Shown piece by piece: positions 1 through 9,062 of a stretch of 64,000 bases of DNA. The position numbers were made by a program, and so were the translations under genes. The notes under the pieces were generated by a model. That model searched no databases, had not been told where the DNA came from, and saw only the letters and a list, made by a program, of their open reading frames with translations. The DNA is from Halanaerobiales bacterium (GTDB lineage: Bacteria > Bacillota > Halanaerobiia > Halanaerobiales > M55B127). The stretch's first letter is position 1. Every line of letters begins with the position of its first letter. The stretch spans positions 65,528-129,527 of the forward strand of contig JAXHLT010000006.1 of NCBI GenBank assembly GCA_034521955.1, given 5' to 3'.

Positions 1-1107
1 AACTATGATATAGAACAAGCTGTAAACTGGGTAAAAAAAGCTTTAAAGATTTGGGATAACTTTGAATATAAAGAGGAATTCAATGCTGAGTTGAAGTTAA
101 ATTATTTTAGAATCAATAATAACAATGAAGTAAAAATAGTTAATCCCTTTGTTAATAAAGTAATTGAATCATACCGCTATAAACCAATAAAAAACGAACA
201 TGATGAGATATATCGTTCCCCTGATGTTATTAACAGTGGGGATTATAATACTGTTGGTAGAATATATAACTTTGGAGTAATTCTTTATTATTTAACAACA
301 AATAAACTACCCTTTCAGGGTGACAATAAAACAGAGATGTTTGATAAAAAAATGACTAACTCTTTTGATGAACCAAGATTTTTAAACCCTGATATATCTA
401 AAAGTTTAAGTGATTTAATCATAGCAATGTTAAATAATGGCTTTAAAAATAAAGATTTAAAAGATCTAATAAATGGTTTAGATGAAATTACAAATAACAA
501 TATAATTAAAGCAAGTGAAAAAGAAATAAAAGAAAATAAAAAGCTAAGTAAAGGAAAGTTAAAAAAGAATAAAAGAAAACAAAGTATAATATTTTTCTTC
601 AGACATCACTGGGGTAAAACCTTATTAGTCATAGCAGTTATAGCTATGTTTGTTGGACTAGGTTTTATGGGGGGAACTACACCAGTAGTTACTGAAGAGA
701 CTTCTCCTGAAGAAGTAGTTAATTTCTTTTATGATTCAATTGATAAAAAAGATCCTGTTGTTATAGACCAAACAACAGTGGTAGACTTAAACAAGTTAGA
801 GAATATGGTTACAGAAGGTCATGTAATGGAGACTATGAGAAATGCATACAGCAGTCTATCAGAAGAAGAAAAGGAAGAAAACAAAATCTATGGAATAAAA
901 ACTCTATCAATTGAACAGTTTGAACAAAATGACTATTTTGAGTTTAAAACAAGTTATATTTTCTATTACCCTGGAGAAGAGCAGATGGAAGAAAGCACTA
1001 TGAACGATACTTTAATTGTTGAAAAGATAGATGGACTGTGGCAGATTACAGAGATAAATGGCGATATAAGAGCATTAATAGAAGGAAACTTTTATAAGGA
1101 CAGGTGA
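1..1107 (+). CDS. Membrane-anchored Ser/Thr protein kinase-like protein, 3' part (5' end outside window); catalytic motifs look degenerate
   Basis: Frame 1 has no stop from nt 1, so the listed ORF 91..1107 continues upstream. IYRSPDV...GRIYNFGVILYYLTTNKLPFQG resembles Hanks kinase subdomains VIII-IX. One TM helix (LLVIAVIAMFVGLGFMGG), then a ~130 aa C-terminal domain. Confidence 0.45.
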   Translation, partial: NYDIEQAVNWVKKALKIWDNFEYKEEFNAELKLNYFRINNNNEVKIVNPFVNKVIESYRYKPIKNEHDEIYRSPDVINSGDYNTVGRIYNFGVILYYLTTNKLPFQGDNKTEMFDKKMTNSFDEPRFLNPDISKSLSDLIIAMLNNGFKNKDLKDLINGLDEITNNNIIKASEKEIKENKKLSKGKLKKNKRKQSIIFFFRHHWGKTLLVIAVIAMFVGLGFMGGTTPVVTEETSPEEVVNFFYDSIDKKDPVVIDQTTVVDLNKLENMVTEGHVMETMRNAYSSLSEEEKEENKIYGIKTLSIEQFEQNDYFEFKTSYIFYYPGEEQMEESTMNDTLIVEKIDGLWQITEINGDIRALIEGNFYKDR

Positions 1108-1859
1108 TAATTTTGGATTTAGACTATAATCATGTAGAAAAAACATTGGTCAATTGGTTAAAACAAAAGGTAAGTAATGCTAATGCTAAGGGTGTTGTTA
1201 TTGGACTTAGCGGAGGGATCGATTCTGCAGTAACTTCTGTACTAGCTAAAAAAGCATTTCCAGATAATGTCTTAGGTGTAATTATGCCTTGTTATAGCAA
1301 TGAACAGGATAAAAAGGATGCTATTAAAGTAGCTGAAAAGTTTGATATAGAGTATGAAATAAAAGAGTTGGACTCCTTATATGATAACTTTAAAAAAACT
1401 GTTGATGCAAAACAAAGTGCAGAAAATAATAATTTAGCTTTAGCAAATGTTAAACCCAGATTAAGAATGGTCACCCTTTATTATTATTCAGCATTAAATA
1501 ACTATTTGGTTTTAGGAACAGATAACTGGAGTGAACTTAAAGTTGGTTATTTTACCAAATATGGTGATGGAGGAATTGACCTTACAATATTAGGCAGGTT
1601 GGTTAAGACTGAGGTAAGAGCTTTAGCTAAGCACCTTGGTATTCCAGAAGATATAATAAATAAAAAGCCGTCTGCAGGTCTTTGGGAAGGACAAACCGAT
1701 GAAGATGAAATGGGACTTAGCTATGATGAATTAGATAAGTATATTTTAACAGGAGAAGTTGATCCTAAAACAAAAGAAAAAATTGAAACCCTGGCAGCAA
1801 AAAACAAACACAAAATGGATCCAATTCCGATTCCTAAGCGAGAAATTTTATTAACCTAG
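1104..1859 (+). CDS. nadE: NH3-dependent NAD+ synthetase
   Basis: PP-loop motif GLSGGIDSAV, family-typical length of 251 aa, and GTGA start/stop overlap with the upstream gene. Confidence 0.85.
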   Translation: MIILDLDYNHVEKTLVNWLKQKVSNANAKGVVIGLSGGIDSAVTSVLAKKAFPDNVLGVIMPCYSNEQDKKDAIKVAEKFDIEYEIKELDSLYDNFKKTVDAKQSAENNNLALANVKPRLRMVTLYYYSALNNYLVLGTDNWSELKVGYFTKYGDGGIDLTILGRLVKTEVRALAKHLGIPEDIINKKPSAGLWEGQTDEDEMGLSYDELDKYILTGEVDPKTKEKIETLAAKNKHKMDPIPIPKREILLT

Positions 1860-1917
1860 CAGGAATATTTTAATATATATAGTATTATACTAATAACAGA
1901 AAAATTTAATATTGTTG

Positions 1918-2076
1918 TAAATAGGTGCTTTCAGTACTGCTGAAAGAGAATAGGGAATCAGGTGAAAATCCTGAACGGGCCCGCCACTGTAAACAGTATG
2001 TCCCCCATTAACCACTTGTATTAACAGGGAAGGTTGGGAGGATGATAAGCTGTGAGTCAGGAGACCTGCCTATTTA
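1918..2076 (+). promoter_or_regulatory. Cobalamin (B12) riboswitch aptamer
   Basis: Conserved core AGGGAATCAGGTGAAAATCCTGAACGGGCCCGCCACTGTAA (about 1951..1992). B12 box AGTCAGGAGACCTGCC at 2055..2070. P1 pairing TAAATAGG (1918..1925) with CCTATTTA (2069..2076). Lies directly upstream of the cob operon. Confidence 0.9.
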
Positions 2077-2127
2077 TAATCTACATTCTTCGGTTAACAA
2101 GATCAGTAGATCAATTTATGAAACTCA

Positions 2128-2163
2128 CCAGATCTTTAATTTTGAAGAAGATCTGGTTTTTTT
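2128..2163 (+). terminator. Intrinsic terminator acting as riboswitch expression platform
   Basis: CCAGATCTT (2128..2136) pairs with AAGATCTGG (2148..2156), followed by a run of 7 T. Sits between the aptamer and the cobU start. Confidence 0.75.
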
Positions 2164-2194
2164 ATTTGTATAACAAAAAAAGGGGCTGAATACT

Positions 2195-2794
2195 TTGAGA
2201 AAGACAGTTTTGATCATCGGAGGAGCAAGAAGTGGTAAAAGCAGTTTTGCTGAAAAAGTGGCAAAAAAGGTAGGAAATAATAATGTTACTTATCTTGCAA
2301 CAGCAGAAGCTTTAGATGATGAGATGAAAGAAAGAATTGCTCACCATCAGAGTAGGCGTCCAGATAGTTGGGATACAGTAGAAGAACCAATTAAAATAAG
2401 TAAGGCTTTAGAAAAAACAGAAGATAAACAAACAGTATTAATAGACTGTATTACGCTTTTAGTAACTAATCTGTTACTTGAGTTTGATAATACAGATCAA
2501 AAGGTGAGCTTAGAAGATGATTATGCAAAGGAAGAACATATTTTAGATGAAATAAAAAATATAATAAAAATTGCTAAACAGAAACAGTTAAACTTAATTT
2601 TAGTTTCTAATATAGTTGGACTTGGTTTAGTTCCAGAATATAAACTTGGAAGACTATTTAGAGACATTTCTGGAAGAGTTAATCAATATCTTGCACAAAA
2701 ATCAGATAAGGTTATATTTACAGTAGCCGGAATACCTATAGAATTAGATCAATTAAAAGATAAAGATATACTTGATAAGTTTGGTGATATATAA
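2195..2794 (+). CDS. cobU: Adenosylcobinamide kinase / adenosylcobinamide-phosphate guanylyltransferase
   Basis: N-terminal P-loop GGARSGKSSFAE, ~199 aa, TTG start after an AGGGG RBS, cob operon context. Confidence 0.85.
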   Translation: MRKTVLIIGGARSGKSSFAEKVAKKVGNNNVTYLATAEALDDEMKERIAHHQSRRPDSWDTVEEPIKISKALEKTEDKQTVLIDCITLLVTNLLLEFDNTDQKVSLEDDYAKEEHILDEIKNIIKIAKQKQLNLILVSNIVGLGLVPEYKLGRLFRDISGRVNQYLAQKSDKVIFTVAGIPIELDQLKDKDILDKFGDI

Positions 2795-4324
2795 ATGGCA
2801 AAAACAGTTATGCTGCAGGGTACTGCCTCAAATGTAGGCAAAAGTATCTTAGCTACTGCTATATGTAAGATAATCTATGATAGTGGTTTGAAAGTAGCGC
2901 CTTTTAAGTCCTGGAATATGGCCTTAAATTCATATGTGACAGAAAAAGGCGGTGAAGTTGGTCGGGCTCAAGCTTTACAGGCTGAGGCGTGTAATGTAAT
3001 CATTAATGTTGACATGCAGCCCTTTTTAGTTAAACCAAAGGGAGATGGCACATCTCAAGTTATTGTTAAGGGAAAACCAGTTGGTGATTTTAAAAGTACA
3101 AGAAAAGATAGTGATTATATTAAATGGGCAATGGATATTATTAAAGAATCTTTAACTAAGTTAAAAAAAGAATATGAAGTTGTAGTTATGGAAGGTGCAG
3201 GTTCTCCTGCTGAAGTAAACATCTCAGATAAAGATTTAGCTAATATGAAAGTAGCTAAATTATTTAATACCCCTGTAATCCTAGTAGCAGATATTGACCG
3301 AGGTGGAGTCTTTGCATCTATTGTTGGGACTATGGAACTATTGGGTGAAGATAGAAAATATGTAAAAGGTATAATCATTAATAAATTTAGAGGTGATAAA
3401 AGTTCTCTAAAATCCGGGATTGATTTTATTGAAAAAAGAACACAAACACCTGTACTTGGTGTAATACCATATTTTGATGATATTGATCTACCGGAAGAAG
3501 ATTCAGTTTCTATAAAAGAACATGTCAATGAAAATGCAGAAATAGAAATTGGGGTAATCAACTTACCACATCTATCTAACTTTACAGATTTTGATGTTTT
3601 TAACCAACATCCTTTAGTTGGATTAAGATATATAAATAATAAAGTAAATGATATTGAAAACTTTGATTTATTAATAATACCGGGAACCAAAAATACAACA
3701 GAGGATTTAAGGTATCTAAAAAAAAGTGGGTTAGCAGAAAAAATTATTAAAGCTGCTCAAAACAATGTACAAGTTATCGGTATCTGTGGTGGTTATCAGA
3801 TGTTAGGTAAGAAGTTGATTGATCCAAACTTAACTGAGGGTAAAACAAAACAAATAGATGGGTTGGGTCTATTAGATATTGAAACCAGATTTAGTGAAGG
3901 TAAAAATACATACCAGATAAAAGCAGAGCTGTATCAAGATCAGAATTTATTAGATGAGTTAAATAATACTGAGATTGAAGGTTATGAGATACATATGGGA
4001 GAGACTAAATTAGGCAAAAACATATCTCCAATGTTTAAGATTAAATCCAGGTCTAACCAAAAATGTTTGATAAAAGATGGAGCAGTATCAAAAATTTATG
4101 ATATTTGGGGTACATATATCCATGGAATATTTGATAACGATGATTTTAGAAGAGAAGTTCTCAACCATCTTTTGGATAAAAAATCAAGTGAAAGTATTAA
4201 GCAAGAAACTATTAACTTTAAAAGACAAAGAGAAAAAGCAATCAATAAATTAGCTGAAAAAGTTAAAGAAAACTTAGATTTAGAAAAGTTATATAAAATT
4301 ATGGATTTAGGGATGAATGCATAA
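2795..4324 (+). CDS. cobQ: Cobyric acid synthase
   Basis: 509 aa. N-terminal GTASNVGKS nucleotide-binding motif and C-terminal glutamine amidotransferase motif GICGGYQMLG. Confidence 0.9.
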   Translation: MAKTVMLQGTASNVGKSILATAICKIIYDSGLKVAPFKSWNMALNSYVTEKGGEVGRAQALQAEACNVIINVDMQPFLVKPKGDGTSQVIVKGKPVGDFKSTRKDSDYIKWAMDIIKESLTKLKKEYEVVVMEGAGSPAEVNISDKDLANMKVAKLFNTPVILVADIDRGGVFASIVGTMELLGEDRKYVKGIIINKFRGDKSSLKSGIDFIEKRTQTPVLGVIPYFDDIDLPEEDSVSIKEHVNENAEIEIGVINLPHLSNFTDFDVFNQHPLVGLRYINNKVNDIENFDLLIIPGTKNTTEDLRYLKKSGLAEKIIKAAQNNVQVIGICGGYQMLGKKLIDPNLTEGKTKQIDGLGLLDIETRFSEGKNTYQIKAELYQDQNLLDELNNTEIEGYEIHMGETKLGKNISPMFKIKSRSNQKCLIKDGAVSKIYDIWGTYIHGIFDNDDFRREVLNHLLDKKSSESIKQETINFKRQREKAINKLAEKVKENLDLEKLYKIMDLGMNA

Positions 4325-5268
4325 TGTATATTTTAACGATTGGTCTAATTGTAGACCTTATCATAGGAGATCCAAGTTTTTACCCACATCCAGTTGTATT
4401 AATAGGGAGATTAATTAATTTTTTAGAGAAGCTACTTTTAAATAAACAAAACAATGATTATATAAAGAAAGTAAAGGGTGTTTTATTAGTTATAACTGTT
4501 CTTTTAATTACATTTTTTATAACATATTTTTTGATTTACTTATTTAAACAGTTACCTTATATTCTCTATATCACAGCAAATGGGCTGCTTTTATCAACAA
4601 CAATTGCAGTAAAAGGTTTAAGAGATTCAGCTTATAAAATATATATAAAGTTAAAAGAAAATAATCTAGATGAAGCCAAAAAAATGTTGTCATTTATTGT
4701 TAGTAGGGAAACTGAGCACTTAAACAAAGAAGAAATTATTAAGGGAACAATAGAAACTGTTGCAGAAAATACCAGTGATGGAATTATTGCCCCTTTATTT
4801 TACTTTTTAATTGGAGGTCCAATCCTGGCAGTTATTTATAAAGCTGTAAATACGATGGATTCAATGCTGGGATATAAAAATGAAAAGTATTATTATTTTG
4901 GTTGGGCAGCAGCTAAGTTGGATGATTTAGTCAATTATATACCGGCAAGGGTAACCGCTCTGTTATTTATAATAGCTAGTTTTTTAAAAAACTATAATTA
5001 CAAGAAAGCAATAGAGGTTGTTAGAAAAGATGCAAAAAAACATGCTAGTCCTAATGCAGGCTATCCAGAAGCAGCAGTTGCTGGAGCCTTAGGAATTAAA
5101 CTTGGCGGGCCAAGCAGGTATTTTAATAAGATTGTTAATAAAGCAACCTTAGGAACAGGGGCAGTTGATATAAATACTGACCAGATAAAAAAGACAATAA
5201 ATTTAATGTATCTTTCAACATTTATATTTTACATATTTTTATTCTCAATAAAACTATTAAGTAGTTAG
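4324..5268 (+). CDS. cbiB: Adenosylcobinamide-phosphate synthase (integral membrane)
   Basis: Multi-TM 314 aa protein with HASPNAGYPEAAVAGALGIKLGGP, typical of CbiB/CobD. ATAATG overlap with the cobQ stop. Confidence 0.85.
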   Translation: MYILTIGLIVDLIIGDPSFYPHPVVLIGRLINFLEKLLLNKQNNDYIKKVKGVLLVITVLLITFFITYFLIYLFKQLPYILYITANGLLLSTTIAVKGLRDSAYKIYIKLKENNLDEAKKMLSFIVSRETEHLNKEEIIKGTIETVAENTSDGIIAPLFYFLIGGPILAVIYKAVNTMDSMLGYKNEKYYYFGWAAAKLDDLVNYIPARVTALLFIIASFLKNYNYKKAIEVVRKDAKKHASPNAGYPEAAVAGALGIKLGGPSRYFNKIVNKATLGTGAVDINTDQIKKTINLMYLSTFIFYIFLFSIKLLSS

Positions 5269-5332
5269 GAGTTGATTAAAGATTAATCTGTTAAAAGAAA
5301 CGACTAACAAAATTGGAGTTCTTGATCAAAAG

Positions 5333-6322
5333 GTGATGGAAGAAGCCCAAGCCAGACTTGATAACTTAACAAAACCACCGGGAAGTTTAGGATATTTAGA
5401 AGAATTAGCAGTAAAGGTAGCAGGGATTACAAAAGATATATGTCCTGATCTAAGTAACAAATCACATGTTATTATGGTCGGAGACCATGGTGTTGTCCAA
5501 GAAGGAGTAAGTGCTTTTCCTCAAAAAGTCACCCAGGCTATGGTAAAAAACTTCTTAAATGGGGGAGCTGCTGTAAATGTTTTAGCTAATCAGTATAATG
5601 TAGATATTTCAATAGTAGACATTGGAATGAAGCATTCACTTAAAGCAGAAGGTCTAATTAATGAAAATATTAAAAAAGGAACAGATAATATTTTACATGG
5701 TCCGGCAATGACGCGTAAGCAAGCTGTAGAAAGTATTGAAGTTGGCATAAAAATAGCTCAAAATCTTATAGATAATGGAACTAACATATTAGGAACCGGA
5801 GAAATGGGAATTGGTAATACTACTCCAAGTAGTGCTGTGGTTTCAGTAGCAACTGGTGAAACTGTAGAGAGAGTGGTTGGTTATGGTACAGGAATTGATG
5901 AAAAAGGTTTAAAGAATAAAATAAGTATTATAAAAAAGGCAATTGAGAAAAATAGTCCTGATCAAAATGATGGAATAGATATTTTAAGTAAAGTAGGCGG
6001 ATTTGAAATTGGTGGAATGGCCGGAGTAATGTTAGCTGGTGCAGCAAATAATGTGCCTGTTTTAGTAGATGGACTCATATCTGGGGCTGCTGCATTAATT
6101 GCATTTTTAATAGAACCAAAGGTTGCAAACTTTTTATTACCCTCTCATAAATCTGTTGAACCAGGTCATCAGAAACTTTATGATTTTTTAAACATGAGAC
6201 CTATTTTCGATCTTGATATGAGATTAGGAGAAGGAACTGGTGCTATTTTAGGTATGGGTATTATTGAATCTTCAAACAGAATAATTAAAGAGATGGCAAC
6301 TTTTGACTCTCTAGACCTTTAA
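5333..6322 (+). CDS. cobT: Nicotinate-nucleotide--dimethylbenzimidazole phosphoribosyltransferase
   Basis: LTKPPGSLGYLEEL and GEMGIGNTT motifs. The family-typical N-terminus (LLKETTNKIGVLDQK) is encoded in frame upstream of 5333 back to ~5276, with no ATG/GTG/TTG codon, so the true start is uncertain. Confidence 0.85.
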   Translation: MMEEAQARLDNLTKPPGSLGYLEELAVKVAGITKDICPDLSNKSHVIMVGDHGVVQEGVSAFPQKVTQAMVKNFLNGGAAVNVLANQYNVDISIVDIGMKHSLKAEGLINENIKKGTDNILHGPAMTRKQAVESIEVGIKIAQNLIDNGTNILGTGEMGIGNTTPSSAVVSVATGETVERVVGYGTGIDEKGLKNKISIIKKAIEKNSPDQNDGIDILSKVGGFEIGGMAGVMLAGAANNVPVLVDGLISGAAALIAFLIEPKVANFLLPSHKSVEPGHQKLYDFLNMRPIFDLDMRLGEGTGAILGMGIIESSNRIIKEMATFDSLDL

Positions 6323-6336
6323 GGAGAGAACAAATA

Positions 6337-7071
6337 ATGAATACATTTTTAATTGCATTACAGTTTATTACAACGCTACCGGTTAAAGGTAAGTTGAACT
6401 ACAGCGAGAAAAATATTGCCCGTTCAATGTTATACTATCCTCTAGTTGGAACCATTATTGGGATAATATTGGTGGTTGTTAATCTTATCTTATCTAAAAT
6501 ATTACCTAATTTGGTTGTAAATATATTATTGATAATATCATGGGTAGCATTAACAGGTGGAATTCATCTGGACGGATTATCCGATAGTTTTGACGGAATA
6601 TTTGGTGGTAAAGATAAAGAAAGAATTTTAGATATTATGCATGATAGCAATGTAGGAGTTTATGGAGTTTTAGCTATAGTATTAATTTTACTGTTAAAGT
6701 TTACATTATTAACCGAGTTACCAATACAAGATAAGAATATGTTATTAATTACTGTTCCTACTATTAGTAGATTTGCTATGGTTTTAGCTGTTTATCTGTT
6801 CCCATATGCAAGAAAAGAAGGATTTGGGAAAGCATATAAACTGTATTTAAAAAGAAAACATTTATTGGTCGCATCACTCTGGACATTTTTATTAGCAACT
6901 GTATTACTCTTCTGGCAGGGTCTTGTATTAATAATTGTTGCTTTATTATCAGTTTTACTAATTGGAAAGCATATAACAAATAAAATTGAGGGACTAACCG
7001 GTGACAATTATGGAGCTGTTAACGAAATCATTGAGGTAGTTATTCTATTAGTTTCTATTATAGTAATTTAA
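6337..7071 (+). CDS. cobS: Adenosylcobinamide-GDP ribazoletransferase (cobalamin synthase)
   Basis: 244 aa polytopic membrane protein with HLDGLSDSFDG and LTGDNYGA motifs. Confidence 0.85.
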   Translation: MNTFLIALQFITTLPVKGKLNYSEKNIARSMLYYPLVGTIIGIILVVVNLILSKILPNLVVNILLIISWVALTGGIHLDGLSDSFDGIFGGKDKERILDIMHDSNVGVYGVLAIVLILLLKFTLLTELPIQDKNMLLITVPTISRFAMVLAVYLFPYARKEGFGKAYKLYLKRKHLLVASLWTFLLATVLLFWQGLVLIIVALLSVLLIGKHITNKIEGLTGDNYGAVNEIIEVVILLVSIIVI

Positions 7072-7081
7072 GGAGATTAAA

Positions 7082-7954
7082 ATGGGAAAAACAGTTATAG
7101 TTCCGGGTAGTTGTGGTGAATTAATACAGGGATATATTAAAGGGTCTAATCAATTAATTAGTTGTCCGATTGATGTTTACAGTCTAGTTAATGTAAAGTT
7201 AACTGATACAAAAAAGATTAATATAAAAAAGAGTAAAGTAAAAAGTCACCAGGCTTTAAAACTTCTATTAAAGTATTATGACATTGAAGATTTGGGATTG
7301 GAAATTAAATTTAATTCTAATCTTTTAACTTCAAAAGGAATGGGAAGTTCAACAGCAGATATTTCTGCTCTGTTAATAGCTGTGATGGATTTGTTAAATA
7401 AAGAAATTGATCTGGACCTTATTAAAAAGATAGCAGTTAAGGTTGAACCATCAGATTCCACATTTTTAGAGGGCTTAGTGCTTTTTGATTATCTTAATGG
7501 AGATTATATTGAGAAATTAGGAAAAATCAAGCCAATTGATTTAATAGTTTTTGATTATGGTGGAAAAGTAGAAACTAAGGAATTTAATAAAAATAAAGAT
7601 TTAAAGAAATTAGGCAAGAAAAATCAAAAAAAGATTAAAAATGCTTATCAGTTGATAAAAAAGGGTATTAAAAGTAATGATATTCAATTGATTGGAAAGG
7701 CTGCTACAATGAGTAGTCTTGCTAATCAAAATATCTTAGAAAAACCAAAATTAGAAGAATTAATAGCACAGTTAGAAAACAAAAATGGTTTTCTAGGGTT
7801 AAATACCGCTCATAGTGGAACAATAATTGGGATCTTAATAAAAGATAAGAAATTTAGTGCTGAAATAATAAAAAGCATAAAAATTAATTTTCCTAACTTA
7901 GAATTGTTATTTCAAACAAAAATCATTAATGGTGGTTATAAAATTTTAAATTAA
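7082..7954 (+). CDS. GHMP-family kinase, PduX-like L-threonine kinase
   Basis: N-terminal GSCGELIQG (PduX-type) and GHMP motif GMGSSTADI. Sits immediately before the threonine-phosphate decarboxylase gene. Confidence 0.6.
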   Translation: MGKTVIVPGSCGELIQGYIKGSNQLISCPIDVYSLVNVKLTDTKKINIKKSKVKSHQALKLLLKYYDIEDLGLEIKFNSNLLTSKGMGSSTADISALLIAVMDLLNKEIDLDLIKKIAVKVEPSDSTFLEGLVLFDYLNGDYIEKLGKIKPIDLIVFDYGGKVETKEFNKNKDLKKLGKKNQKKIKNAYQLIKKGIKSNDIQLIGKAATMSSLANQNILEKPKLEELIAQLENKNGFLGLNTAHSGTIIGILIKDKKFSAEIIKSIKINFPNLELLFQTKIINGGYKILN

Positions 7955-7967
7955 AAGAGGTAATTTT

Positions 7968-9050
7968 ATGGAACAAATTCATGGTGGAAATATTGAAGAA
8001 GTAATAACAAAATATAATATCAAACAAAGTGAAGTCATTGACTTTAGCTCAAATATTAATTTTTTGGGCCCTCCTCAAAAAGTATTAGATAAAATTAAAA
8101 AAGAGTTAAAGGATATAGATAGATATCCAGAACAAAACTCTGAAAAATTAAGATGTCTTTTTTCAGAAAAATTTGGGAAGAAAAAGGATAATTATATTAT
8201 TGGAAATGGGGCTGTGGAGTTAATATATATTTTAGTTAACTACCTTAACCCAACAAAAAGTCTATTATTAGCTCCAACTTTTTCAGAGTATGAGAAAGCA
8301 CTAAATACAGTGAACAGTAAGGTAGAATATCATTATTTAGAAAAAGAAAATAATTTTAATTTAGATATAGAAAAACTAAAAAAAGATTTAACAGATGATA
8401 TTGATCTTTTTTTTCTGTGTAATCCAAATAATCCAACCGGGAACTATATTTTAAAAAATGAGATATTAGATATTTTAGAACACAATAGTAAAAATGATGT
8501 TTTTACTGTTATTGACGAAGCTTTTGTTGAATTTATAGATCAAGACATATCAGCTCTTGAACTAGTAAATAGGTATGATGATTTATTTGTTTTAAGATCT
8601 CTTACAAAACTATATGGTTTACCAGGGTTAAGACTTGGTTATGGTGTAGGAAGCCAAGAGATTATAGAGGCAATGAACTGTTATAAAGATCCCTGGAATG
8701 TAAATATTTTAGCTCAAAAAGCTGGGGAGGTGTTAATAAATCAAGATCAGTATAAAATTAAAAGTTTAAAAGAATTAGACAAAGAAAAGCAATATTTATT
8801 TGAAAAGCTTAAACAAATAAATAGTTTAAATGTATATTATCCCAATGCAAACTATTTATTTATTGATCTTAGTAGTTCTAAGTTTAATGGGACAAAATTA
8901 TATGAAAAACTTATAAGAGATTCAATATTAATTAGAAAGTTAAATAACTACAAAGGACTAGATGATAATTATATTAGAATTGCTATAAAAGATAGGAAAA
9001 GTAATCTTAAACTATTAAAAGTAATAAATAAGATTTTTACAAACAATTAA
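7968..9050 (+). CDS. cobD: L-threonine-O-3-phosphate decarboxylase (class I/II aminotransferase fold)
   Basis: N-terminal HGGN motif, PLP-lysine region SLTKLYGLPGLRLGY, 360 aa, cob operon context. Confidence 0.75.
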   Translation: MEQIHGGNIEEVITKYNIKQSEVIDFSSNINFLGPPQKVLDKIKKELKDIDRYPEQNSEKLRCLFSEKFGKKKDNYIIGNGAVELIYILVNYLNPTKSLLLAPTFSEYEKALNTVNSKVEYHYLEKENNFNLDIEKLKKDLTDDIDLFFLCNPNNPTGNYILKNEILDILEHNSKNDVFTVIDEAFVEFIDQDISALELVNRYDDLFVLRSLTKLYGLPGLRLGYGVGSQEIIEAMNCYKDPWNVNILAQKAGEVLINQDQYKIKSLKELDKEKQYLFEKLKQINSLNVYYPNANYLFIDLSSSKFNGTKLYEKLIRDSILIRKLNNYKGLDDNYIRIAIKDRKSNLKLLKVINKIFTNN

Positions 9051-9062
9051 AAGGGGGACAAA

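Noticed and set aside
3115-3690. Long reverse-strand ORFs opposite well-supported genes: 3115..3690, 17335..17775, 27434..27796, 42115..42591, 46576..47010, 47099..47521, 60660..60962, 62856..63356 and 63528..63809.
   Set aside because: Each lies entirely antisense to a gene with strong family motifs (cobQ, msbA, CoADR, fba, DUF1385/prfA, murA, mreB). Their translations are low-complexity Ser/Pro/Ile-rich shadow frames with no RBS or motifs.
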